From assembly GCA_028826165.1 (NCBI GenBank), contig JAPDFW010000073.1:62001-126000 (forward strand): DNA of 64,000 nucleotides. The letters run 5' to 3'. Below the pieces are notes generated by a model. The model saw nothing but the letters and a program-made list of their open reading frames with translations, was not told where the DNA came from and did not search any database. Within the stretch, counting starts at the first letter, position 1, and every line of letters starts with the position of its first letter. Both the position numbers and the translations under genes were made by a program. This document shows, piece after piece, positions 48,101 through 60,200 of the stretch. The stretch comes from Anaeramoeba ignava BMAN. Its lineage: Eukaryota > Protista > Anaeramoebae.

Positions 48101-49584
48101 ACATGAATCAATTAGTTTCAAAGGAACTTAATTTTTTTGAAAAACAAGAATTTATTTCGTGGTTAACTGTATTATTTGCAGGATCGAATAAGATTAAAAA
48201 ACTTGTCCCTCCAAAGGGAACACGAGATTTCGGACCGTTTCAAATGAGAATTCGCGAGAAAGTATTTGATATCATTAAATCAGTTTTCAAAAAACATGGA
48301 GCTGTTGAAATCGACACACCAGTTTTTGAACTGAAGGAAACATTGCTGAACAAATACGGAGATGAAGGTGATAAATTGATATACGATCTTGCTGATCAAG
48401 GAGGAGAAGCATTGAGTCTGCGATATGACTTGACAGTTCCGTTTGCAAGATTTTTTGCAAACAACGGATTCAAAGACACAAAAAGATATCACATTGCCAA
48501 AGTTTATCGTCGCGATACTCCCTCAGCAGCGCGTGGAAGATACCGCGAATTCTATCAATGCGATTTCGATATTGTTGGCAATTACGAGAGATTGTTTCCT
48601 GATGCGGAATGTCTTTCTGTTACAACAGAAATTTTGCAACAAATTCCAGGAATTGAAAATTTTGTTATCAAAGTAAACCACAGAAAATTACTTGATGGAA
48701 TGATGGAAGTTTGTGGAGTTCCCAAACAGAAATTCCGCACAATTTGCAGTTCAATTGATAAACTTGATAAGGAGGATTGGAAGAAAATCAAACAAGAAAT
48801 GATTTTTGAAAAAGGATTGGATGAAGAAACAGCAAATCGCATTGGAAAATTTGTGGAAATGAAAGGCAACCCTTTCGAATTGTTAAAGAACCTTCGAGAT
48901 GGGAAATTATTAGAAGGAAATAAATCTGCAGAACTTGCTCTTGAAGAGCTTGAAATATTGTTTAATTATTGTGATTATTTGGGAATTTTGAAAAAATTAA
49001 GTTTTGATTTGAGTTTATCAAGAGGTTTAGATTATTACACTGGCGTTGTTTATGAAGCGATTCTGACAGATTCGCTTGGTTCAAGAGTCGGTTCAATTGC
49101 CGGTGGAGGAAGATATGATGATCTTTTATCCATGTTTAGTAATTCTCGTCAAAAATTTCCTGCTGTTGGTGTTAGTATTGGAATTGAAAGAATTTTTACA
49201 ATTGTTGAACAACTTGAAATTCAAAAAATGAAAAATCAACAGAAAAATATTAATGATTATGATAGTGATCTTGTTAGAGTTAATGAAGCAGATGTTTATG
49301 TTGTTTCTATTGGTAAATCTCCTCTTGTTGCTCAACAGAAACTTCGTATTGTTAAATCTTTATGGGATTCTCAAATTAAAGCTGAATTTTCAATGGCAAA
49401 AAAACCTAAAGTTTCAGACCAAATTACTTATGCTTTGGAAAATAGAATTCCTCTTATTGTTCTTTTGGGTGATGATGAAATTGAAAAGAAAATTGTTAAA
49501 GTGAAAATTTTGAAAATTAAGGAAGAAAAAGAAATTCCACAAGATCAATTAATTGATTTTATTAAAAAACAATTAGAGAAATAA
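45130..49584 (+). CDS. HARS: Cytosolic histidyl-tRNA synthetase with an N-terminal HAL/PAL-like domain (apparent frameshift at ~47990)
   Basis: PKGTRDF, LRYDLTVPFAR, RGRYREFYQCDFDI, RGLDYYTG, GSIAGGGRYD; upstream ALSCEAF..RIHKMQSKVASNLRDLLEGS..ISQYHGAAR is HAL-like; intron 45569-46944. Confidence 0.93.
45569..46944 (+). repeat. HisRS intron filled with the 12-bp satellite AAAATTTATTT(A/C) / TAATTTATTTAA
   Basis: GT..AG bounded; same unit family as the WDR36 intron in sense orientation. Confidence 0.92.
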
Positions 49585-49659
49585 TTAAAACAAAATTTAA
49601 AACAATTTCAAATAAAATTCAAACAAATTCAAACAAAAATTCAAATAAAAATTCAAATA

Positions 49660-51515
49660 AAATTTTTTATCCGATTTTTATTTTATTTATAAATATAAAT
49701 AATTTAAATAATAATTAATTTATATATTAATTAGGAAATAAATTTAAAATAAATAAAATAAATAATTTATTAATAATTTATTTAATAATTTATTTATTAA
49801 ATTAAATAATAAATTTAATTTAAATTTTTTATCCGATTTTTATTTTATTTATAAATATAATTAATTTAAATATTAATTAATTTATAATTAATTAGAAATA
49901 AATTTAAAATAAATAAAATAAATAATTTATTAATAATTTATTTTAATAAAATTTACAATAATAAATTTAATTTAAATTTTTATCCGATTTTTATTTTATT
50001 TATAAATATAAATAATTTAAATAATAATTAATTTATAATTATTTAGGAAATAAATTTAAAAATAAATAAAATAAATAATTTATTAATAATTTATTTAATA
50101 ATTTATTTATTAATTAAATATTAAATTTAATTTAAATTTTTATCCGATTTTTATTTTATTTATAAATATAAATAATTTAAATAATAATTAATTTATATAT
50201 TATTTAGGAAATAAATTTAAAATAAATAAAATAAATAATTTATTAATAATTTATTAATATTTTATTTATAAATTAAATAATAAATTTAATTAAAATTTTT
50301 TATCCGATTTTTATTTTATTTATAAATATAAATAATTTAAATAATAATTAATTTATATATTATTTAGGAAATAAATTTAAAATAAATAAAATAAATAATT
50401 TATTAATAATTTATTAAATAATTTATTTATAAATTAAATAATAAATTTAATTTAAATTTTTATCCGATTTTTATTTTATTTATAAATATAAATAATTTAA
50501 ATAATAATTAATTTATATATTAATTAGGAAATAAATTTAAAACGAATAGAATAAATAATTTATTTAATAATTTATTTATTAATTAAATAATAAATTTAAT
50601 TTAAATTTTTATCCGATTTTTATTTTATTTATAAATATAAATAATTTATATAATAATTAATTTATATATTATTTAGGAAATAAATTTAAAATAAATAAAA
50701 TAAATAATTTATTAATAATTTATTTAATAATTTATTTAATAAATTAAATAATAAATTTAATTTAAATTTTTATCCGATTTTTATTTTATTTATAAATATA
50801 AATAATTTAAATAATAATTAATTTATATATTATTTAGGAAATAAATTTAAAATAAATAAAATAAATAATTTATTAATAATTTATTTAATAATTTATTTAT
50901 TAATTAAATATTAAATTTAATTAAAATTTTTATCCGATTTTTATTTTTATTTATAAATATAATTAATTTAAATAATAATTAATTTATATATTATTTAGGA
51001 AATAAATTTAAAATAAATAAAATAAATAATTTATTAATAATTTATTTAATAATTTATTTATTAATTAAATAATAAAATTAATTTAAATTTTTATCCGATT
51101 TTTATTTTATTTATAAATATAATTAATTTAAATAATAATTAATTTATATATTATTTAGGAAATAAATTTAAAATAAATAAAATAAATAATTTATTAATAA
51201 TTTATTAATATTTTATTTATAAATTAAATAATAAATTTAATTAAAATTTTTATCCGATTTTTATTTTATTTATAAATATAAATAATTTAAATAATAATTA
51301 ATTTATATATTATTTAGGAAATAAATTTAAAATAAATAAAATAAATAATTTATTAATAATTTATTAAATAATTTATTTATAAATTAAATAATAAATTTAA
51401 TTAAAATTTTTATCCGATTTTTATTTTATTTATAAATATAAATAATTTAAATAATAATTAATTTATATATTAATTATGAAATAAATTTAAAACGAATAGA
51501 ATAAATAATTTATTA
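49660..51515. repeat. Intergenic ~160-bp tandem satellite, ~12 copies
   Basis: TATCCGATTTTT at ~49668, 49830, 49981, 50141, 50301, 50461, 50610, 50771, 50931, 51092, 51251 and 51411. Confidence 0.95.
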
Positions 51516-51762
51516 ACTAATAGAAATGATTTTTAAATTATTTTATTATTAAATATTAAAAGAAAAAAATTAAAAAAAAATTATTAAAAAAATAAAAAAA
51601 TTAGTAATTATTTTTATATTTCATATTATTTTATATAGCATTAAATTAATATGTTAATAATAAAAAATAAATAAAAAAAAAAAGAAAAAAAAAAGAAAAA
51701 AAAATTTTTTTTTAATTTTAATTTTTTTCATTTTTTCTTTTGATTTGTTAGAAAATAAAAAA

Positions 51763-52962
51763 ATGAGCAGTTCATTAGTTTGGGAAATTGTTGGAAAACA
51801 AAGTTGTTTTATTTACAAAAAAAAAGGAGTTGTTTTTAATGCAGAACCAAATAATTTAGCAAATTTAAACAAACCACATTTTTCACAATTTGCTCAGGAA
51901 TCATCTGTTAATATTATTCCAAAAAAAACAGGAGGATATCAACTTATTATTTCAAAAGAAGAAGTAAATCAAATTTAATATTAAAATTAAAATCAAAATT
52001 AATATTTAAATTAAAATTAAAATTAAATCAAATTAAAATCAAATTTAAATTAAAATTAATATTTAAATTAAAATCAAAATTAATATTAAAATCAATATTA
52101 ATATTAAAATTAAAATTAAAATTAAAATTAAAATTAAAATTAAAATTAAAATTAAAATTAAAATTAAAATTAAAAATTAAAATTAAAATTAAAAATTAAA
52201 ATTAAAATTAAAATTTAAATTTAAAATTAAAATTAAAATTAAAATTAAAATTAAAATTAAAATTAAAATTAAAATTAAAATCAAAATTAAAATTATAAAT
52301 AAATATTAAAATTAAAATTTAAATTAAAATTAAAATCAAAATCAAAATCAAAATTAAAATTAAAATCAAAATTAAAATTAAAATTAAAATTAAAATCAAA
52401 ATTAAAATTATAAATAAATATTAAAATTAAAAATTAAAATTAAATTAAAATTAATATTAAAATTATAAATAAATATTAAAATTAAAAATTATAGTTAGCT
52501 ACTTATAGATTTCCAAAAAATTCTTTTGAAACCTTTGATATTACTGAAGATTTCAAAAACAATGTTACCAAAATTCAAGAAATTATGAACAAAAAGAAAT
52601 TTAATAAGAAATTAACTAATTATATTTTAGCAAAATTATACAGATTAAATCAAGTTGAAAAAAGAACAAATTATTTAAAGAAAAAACAAGAAAAAGAAGA
52701 AAAAGAACAAACAATTGAAGAACAAATTGAAGATGAAGTTACTTCAGTTCCTTTTACACCAAAAACTAAATCAAAAGAAACAGTTGAAGAACCTAAAGAA
52801 ACTGTTGAAGAACCAAAAGAAACAGTTGAAGAACCAAAAGAAACAGTTGAAGAACCAAAAGAAACAGTTGAAGAACCAAAAGAAACAGTTGAAGAACCAA
52901 AAGAAACTGTTGAAGAACCAAAAGAAACAGTTGAAGATATGAAAGTTGAAGATAATAACTAG
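51763..52962 (+). CDS. RPL28: 60S ribosomal protein L28e-like protein with an acidic (ETVEEPK)x7 tail
   Basis: MSSSLVWEIV..F..EPNNLANLN..FS; intron 51964-52494; 21-nt tandem repeat at ~52777-52935. Confidence 0.78.
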
Positions 52963-53186
52963 ATAATTTCTTTACCTTCTTTTCTTTCTCTTTTCTTTTC
53001 TTTTCTTTTTTTAAATTTTTTCAACTTTCTTTCACTTTTAAAAAAAAGAATATTCACAAGTTTTTTTTTTAAATTTTTTTCCATAAATCTCAATAATAAA
53101 TCATCAAGTTAATTCAATTTATTATTTTTATTAAAATTTTTATTATTTTTATTAAATGAAAAGATTAAAAAAAAGGAAAGAAATTC

Positions 53187-53855
53187 AAATTAATATTTAA
53201 ATCAATATTTCAATTAATATTTAAATCAATATTTAAATCAATATATAAATTAATATTTAAATCAATATTTCAATTAATATTTAAATCAATATTTAAATCA
53301 ATATTTAAATCAATATTTAAATTAATATTTAAATTAATATTTAAATTAATATTTAAATTAATATTTAAATTAATATTTAAATCAATATTTAAATCAAATA
53401 TTTAAATTAATATTTAAATTAATATTTAAATCAATATTTAAATCAAATATTTAAATTAATATTTCAAATTAATATTTAAATTAATATTTAAATCAATATT
53501 TTAAATTAATATTTCAATAAATATTTAAATTAATATTTAAATCAATATTTAAATCAATATTTAAAATCAATATTTCAATTAATATTTAAATTAATATTTA
53601 AATTAATATTTAAATTAATATTTAAATCAATATTTAAATTAATATTTAAATTAATATTTAAATTAATATTTAAATTAATATTTAAATTAATATTTAAATT
53701 AATATTTCAATTAATATTTAAATCAATATTTCAATTAATATTTAAATCAATATTTCAATTAATATTTAAATCAATATTTAAATCAATATTTCAATTAATA
53801 TTTAAATTAATATTTAAATTAATATTTAAATCAATATTTAAATCAATATTCTAAA
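53187..53855. repeat. 12-bp quasi-palindromic satellite AATATTTAAAT(T/C) directly after the GRIPAP1-like stop
   Basis: Tandem array between convergent genes. Confidence 0.92.
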
Positions 53856-56800
53856 TCAATTTTCATTTAATTCTTTTTTGGGTTTTTTCTTATGATGATG
53901 TTTTTTCTTTTTTGGTTTAGTTTCTTTTAAATTTGAATTTGTATTTGTATTTGTATTTGAATTTGAATTTGAATTTGAATTTGAATTTGTATTTGTATTT
54001 GTATTTGTATTTGAATTTAAATTTGTATTTGTATTTGTATTTGTATTTGTATTTGTATTTAAATTTGTATTTGTATTTGTATTTGTATTTGTATTTGTAT
54101 TTGCATTTGTATTTGCATTTGAATTTGTATTTGTATTTGAATTTAAATTTGTATTTGTATTTGTATTTGTATTATTTATTTAATTTTTCTTTCGATTCTT
54201 TTTTCCGTTGTTCTTGTAATAATCTATCAATTTCTTTCCCTAAAATATCAATATGTTGTTGTAATTGAATATTTTTCAAAATATTTTCTTCTAATAAAAT
54301 TTGCATTTGGGAAACAAGTTCAGAATTTAATTTAGAATTGCGTTTTGAACGTGATTTTGCATTAAATACTCCTGATTTTTCTTTTATTAAAAAATGTTGA
54401 ATAACATTTGATTTCTTTTCAATTTGTTCATTTAAAATCAAAATTTGTTCTTGAAGTTTGAAGTTTTTTTCTTCTAAAATTTTGTATTTTTCATTAATTT
54501 CTTCAATATCTAAAACATGTTCTTGATTTTTATTATCAATATTTAATTTTTGAACTTGAAAATTTGTTAATGATTGTGATTTTGTTAAAATTTTTTCTTT
54601 TGGTTTTTCTTTTGGTTTTTCTTTTTCTGATTTAATTTCTTGATTTAATGTTTCTTTGTCTTTGTTTTTGTTACTGTTACTGTTTTTCTTTTTTTCTATT
54701 AATTAATTAATTAATTAAAAAAAAATGAATTAATTGAATAAAAAATTCTTTTCTTTTTTTTTTGTTAAAATGAATAAATTATAAACCTTTTCGAAGTTGA
54801 GCTTTTAAATCCTTTATAATTTCAAGACTTTTTCGTTCAGAAATTTTTCTTTCAGTTAATCCATCTTGAATTTTCCAATTACAAATTTCTATTTGCTTGT
54901 TTAATTCTTCAATTTCTTTTTGAAAATTTTCTTCTTTTTCAATTTTACTTTCATTTTCATTTTTTAATTTCTCAATTTCTTGTAAAATTTTTTCCTTTTC
55001 TTCTGATAAATTATGTTCTGATTCTTGAACAGCTTTTAATTCATCTAAAAGTGAAGATTGATTTTGATTTAAATTTTGCTCTTTTTCTTGGAATGTTTTT
55101 TCATTCTGAATAATTTTTTCTTTTAAATCAAGAATTTCATTTTTTTGGTTTTCAATCAAATTATTTAAAGATTGAGTTTCATTTTTGGAATTCAAGTTGT
55201 TTTGAGAAATTGAATTTTCAAGATTTGAAATTGTTTCTTGATTTTTCTTAAGTTGTATTGATTGCTTTTCATTGGTTTCTATTAATTTCGCCTTTTCATT
55301 TTCCAAATTTGTAATTAAAGTTTGATTTACTTGTTCTGATGTTGAATTGCTATCAATTTTTTTCTTCAATTCTTCAACTAAACTTTCCAAACTGAGTTTT
55401 TCAGCCTGAATCATATTGACTTGATCTTCAAATGATTGCGATTGATTCTTGTGTTTCAAAGTTGCTTCCTTCAATTGTTCTGATGATTTCTTTTCTTTTT
55501 CTTTGAGCATTTCTTTGAATTTTATTTCTTTTTCCTTTCATTTTTTCCAACAATTTAATCTCTTGATTTTTAGCTTTTTCCGAATAATTTTTTTCAACAT
55601 CAGTTGTTTTTTGTTTACTTTTTGCTAAATCCTTCTCAAGTTTTTCAATCTCCAATTTTTGTTTATTGAGATTTTCTTGGAGATTTTGGGAGTTTTGAAT
55701 CAATAAATCGTGTTTTTTCTTCCATTTTTCCTTTTCACTTTGATATTTGTTTGTGATACTTTCTTTTTCTGTTTCTAATTCCTTTACTTTTATTGTAAGA
55801 GAATTAGCTTCGCTTTCTTTCTGATTCAATTGCTCCAAAGTTTTTAAATAATCGGAAGTTAGTGTTTCACTTTTCAATTTATTTTCCTCCTTTTGATTTT
55901 CTAACTGCTTGAAAAGATCATCCTTTTCATCCTGAATTTTTGAAAGCTGAATTGTTCTTGAAGATACCATATCTTGTGCTTCCTTTTCTTTTGCTGTTAT
56001 ATCCTTAATTTGCTCCTCTAAATTTTCATTTTTTTCCTTTAATTTTGTGTTTTTCTCACGAAGTATTTGATTCTCATTCATAATCAATTCATATTCATCA
56101 TTAACTGCATTTATTTTTGTGTTTATTGATTGTTTTGAAACAACAGAATCTAGACTTTCATCACTATTTAATTGGGAGTTATTATTTTCATTATTTGAAA
56201 TATTGTTTTGTTCTTTTGGTAAATTTTCATTTTGATTTTCGTTTTGATTTTCATTTTCATTTTGATTTTCATTTTTAATTTCATTTTGATTTTCATTTTG
56301 ATTTTCATTTTTAATTTCATTTTCTTGCAAATTTACAGAATCCATAATTTTATTCATTTGTTGCAAAAAATCTTGGAGAGAATTCTGTTGTTGATTTGAT
56401 TGATTTTGTGGTTGATCATCTGCATTTTCAATTAAACTTTGAGTAACTTGAGGTTCATTATTTTCTGATTGATTTTCTTTATTTTCTAAATCATTTTGTT
56501 TATCTTCTTTTAAAGAATCATCAACATTATTATTTAAATTATTATTTAAATTATTATTTAAATTATTATTAGTTTTTTCTTTGAATAAATTGGAAATTTC
56601 TGTTAAAGCTTGTTTTAATTGAAGATTTTCAATTCTTTGATTTTTGATTTCATTATTTTTTTGAGAAATAATGTTCAAATAATTTTCTTTTAATTGATCC
56701 ACATAATTATCATGATCTTCAACCTTTTTCTGCAATTTTTCAAGTTGAACTTTTAATGAATCATTTTCATCCATAAATTGTTCAATATTTTCTCTTAAAA

Positions 56801-57107
56801 TTTGATTTTGTTCACGAGCTTCAGATTGAGTTTCTTTGATATTTTGTTTGAGTTGTTCGTTTTCTTGAGTTAAAAGTAAAATGTCTTTTTTGTCTCTTTT
56901 TTTAGAAAGAATTGATTGAAGTTTTTGACTTTTTGCCATTTCTTCTTTTAAAGAATTTTTTAATTGAATCATAATTTTTTTTTGATTCATAAGTTTTTCT
57001 CTTAATTCATATTTTTCAGTTTTAATTCCAACAAGTTCTTGTTGAAGAGAAACAAAATCTTCAACGGAAATTGAAGTTTCTTTTTGATTTGTTGAATTAT
57101 TTTTCAT
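53856..57107 (-). CDS. GRIPAP1: Long coiled-coil protein, GRIP1-associated protein 1 (GRASP-1)-like
   Basis: ISVEDFVSLQQELVGIKTEKYELRE; ERKISERKSLEIIKDLKAQL; KSNVIQHF..MQILLEENILKNIQLQQHIDILGKEIDRL; intron ~54697-54786; apparent shifts at ~55520 and ~54175 (the ORF as assembled stops at 54172). Confidence 0.7.
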
Positions 57108-57243
57108 TTTATTTTTTATTTTAAAAAGAAAAAAATGAAAAAAAAAAATTAAAAAGCAAAATTTTTTTTTTCATTTTTTTTTTAAAAAATAATTTTAATC
57201 TTTTCTTTTTTTTTTTCTGTTTAAAATAAAATTATTTTGAATT
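57108..57243. promoter_or_regulatory. Bidirectional promoter (GRIPAP1-like / Furry-like)
   Basis: 136-bp gap; AAAAATGAAAAA at ~57131 and TTTTTCATTTTT at ~57167. Confidence 0.6.
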
Positions 57244-60200
57244 ATGAATTCTAATCAAAATCAACCGTCTCCAATTATTGAAAATATTATTTCACAAACT
57301 CATGCTTTATTGTTATTCAAAATTTTTAAAGAAATTGATCAAATTTTTGTTGATCCAATTCAAGATCTTGCTAAAAAAAAATTCAATATTGCATTTATAA
57401 AATATCAATCTGTATCATAAAAATAATAAGAAATGAATTTTTCAAAAAAAAAATCAATTGTTTTTAATGATTAAGATCATTTTAAATGAATTTTTTTTTT
57501 TGAGAAAGAAAAAAAAGAATAATTTAATTTTTTTTAATTTTTTTTTCAATTTATTGGATAAAGATTGACAGTGGAATATCTGAAGCCCAATTAGAAAAAA
57601 CATTGAATATTCTCCAGAAGAAGATTGTTAATGCGTCTTCTAATTCATTTCATTTTGTTATAACAAAATTTATGCCAATTCTTGAAGTTGATCCTAATAG
57701 AATTTCCCAATCAAAAAAAATGAAACCGAAAGTTATTTTACCATCAACACAAGATGCAACTGAAACTATTGAGGTTTTTTGGATTAAAAAAAATATTGAA
57801 AATAATTAAAAACTTATTTAAAAATTATTATTTGCTTTTTTTTTTTTTAGGATAGAAAAGATAATACTTCTAAATATTTTATTTTAAATACTTTTTATCT
57901 TTGTCTTGAAAAAATTAAAGAAGAAAAAAGTGTTGATGAATATCAAGTTATTTCTCAAGAAATTATTGAATCAATTACTGATCATCTTGATTTAATTTAT
58001 TCTACTGGTTTGATAATAATTTAATTAAATATTTTAATTTAAATATTTAATATTCGATTTAATTTAAATATTCGATTTAATTTAATATTTGATTTAATTT
58101 AATATCTGATTTAATTTAAATATTTAAATATTTAAATAATTTATTTAATTTAATATTTGATTTAATTTAATATTTTAATATTTGATTTAATTTAATTTTA
58201 ATATTTGATTTAATTTAATATTTAAATATTTTAATATTTTAATTTAATATTTAATTTAATTAAATATTTTAATATTTAATATTTTAATAATTTAATATTT
58301 AAATATTTGATTTAATTAAATATTTTAATATTTTAAATATTTAATTTAATATCTGATTTAATTTAATAATTTAATTAAATATTTTAATATTCGATTTAAT
58401 TTAAATATTTAATATTTGATTTAATTTAAATATTTAATATTTTATTTAATTTAATAATTTTAATATTTGATTTAATTTAATATTTTAATTAAATATTTTA
58501 ATTATTCAAAATAAAGCCGTAAGATATATAGCAGGTCAATGCTTAGGCGGATTAACAGAATATGATGACCATTTCAAATTAATTTCTACTTTATTACTAG
58601 AAAAAGTTAAACCAACTTCAAAAAAAACAGAAAGAGTTGCAGTTACTTATGAAAAAGCTCTTAAATATTTAAAATACGGAATAGCAAATTCTGTTCAAGC
58701 AAATTTAACACTCATTTTCTTGAATAATTACGCCAAAAATTTAAGAAAAATCGAAAGAGGAGTTCATAGAAAAGAAGCATGCAAAACAATATCTCAAATA
58801 TTCCAAAAAATTTTCCCTAAAAAAAGTGATACAGAAGATGTTAAAAAGAAAAAGAAATTAATCTTAACAAATTTAAAAAGTGCATATGTAACTTTATTTG
58901 AAAATTTATTATCATCATTGGATCAATGCTACAAAACAGTATTAAAATGGAGCAAAAAAGCAAAACACATGGTGTTTTCTTATCAATGCTTGATTGAATT
59001 GCTTGATTTTCTTCAGTTTAAATTAATAAATGAGGATGAAAAAGAAAGAGCAAAAATACGTGATTTATTAGCAACAATTTCAAACAGTATGAAGAATAAT
59101 ACAAATTTAAGACTCCAATATTTGGAGCTTGCATACCAATTTTATCAGCATTTGTCAATAGAATTTATTGAGGTTGACAGCAAGAATTTCCAATTTATGA
59201 CAAAAACATTTTCTGTGTTTCTTCTTCCAAATATGACCAAAAAAATGTCTCAAATAAACCAACAAGAAGTAAATTTGATTGCTTCAATTATTGAGGAAAT
59301 GGGGAGCAAAAAATTGGATCTTACAATTGAAATCATTATGGAAATGATGAAGCATCTCGATTTGAGGTTGGATTACAAAATTGCATTGCTTAAAGGACTG
59401 GGAATGCTCACAGAAACACATTATGAAGATGTATCCAAAAAAAAGGAATTGTTTGGATTGGTCGCAAATTTTCTTCTGGAAACAAGAAAATATATCCATT
59501 TCACATTTTCCTTTGCAAAAGAAGAGGATGATGCAAATTATCTCAAAAATATTGGATATGCTCAGATCCAGATTAATGAGCAACTTGTTTCGGCTGCAAT
59601 GAGCACATTTCCCTGCGTGCTATCAACAAAAGATGATGAAAACATGAAAATCTCACGCAATTTAATTGAGCTCACTCTTCATGACAACCGTGAGATTTCA
59701 AACTTTGCAATTCTTGGATTGCAAAAAATGGTTTCCAAAGATGAAAATCAAAGCATCAATTTTTTCAACTTCATTTTCAAGTTTATCCTGGAAATTTTTG
59801 GGGATGTTGGATATTTTATTGATGTGAATAACAAAATCCAGGATAATTTCGCAACGTTTTTAAAGTTATCTCAAGTTATGAGCTTGATAATTGGATCCTT
59901 TCAAGAAAGTTTGAAAACAAACAAAAACATAATCCGCACAATAACTCTGGAAATATGGCAAGCGCTGAGAATTCAGTTTGAAGGATGCTGCATGCTGTGG
60001 TTGTCAATACCAGAGGTGTGGATTGGAATGGAAATATCCCGGTTAATGTCAACATTCCATAACCAAGAGTTTATTCAGTTTGAAAAATTATTGATTGAAA
60101 ACGAAAAAAAACATCGAAAAGAAAACGATCAAAAAATTGATTCAAATTTGGAAATATCTTTTTTAGCAGAAAAATGTGTCAATCAACTTGAAAACTTAAA

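Noticed and set aside
47975-48131. Programmed +1 frameshift between the HAL-like and synthetase domains of HisRS
   Set aside because: It lies in A-rich runs, and similar 1-nt breaks occur in many unrelated genes here (~3625, 5963, 20150, 20800, 54175, 55520, 61980). Assembly indels are the simpler explanation; reads are needed to exclude recoding.
49660-51515. CRISPR-like array (constant motif with regular spacing)
   Set aside because: The sequences between the motifs are near-identical rather than unique spacers, there are no cas genes, and the context is eukaryotic.
7622-54268. Many ORF-track entries with ILILIL, YYIIL, FIFIF, KIYL, NLYLYL or DFDFD repeats
   Set aside because: They are translations of intronic or intergenic microsatellites, or antisense shadows of real genes.
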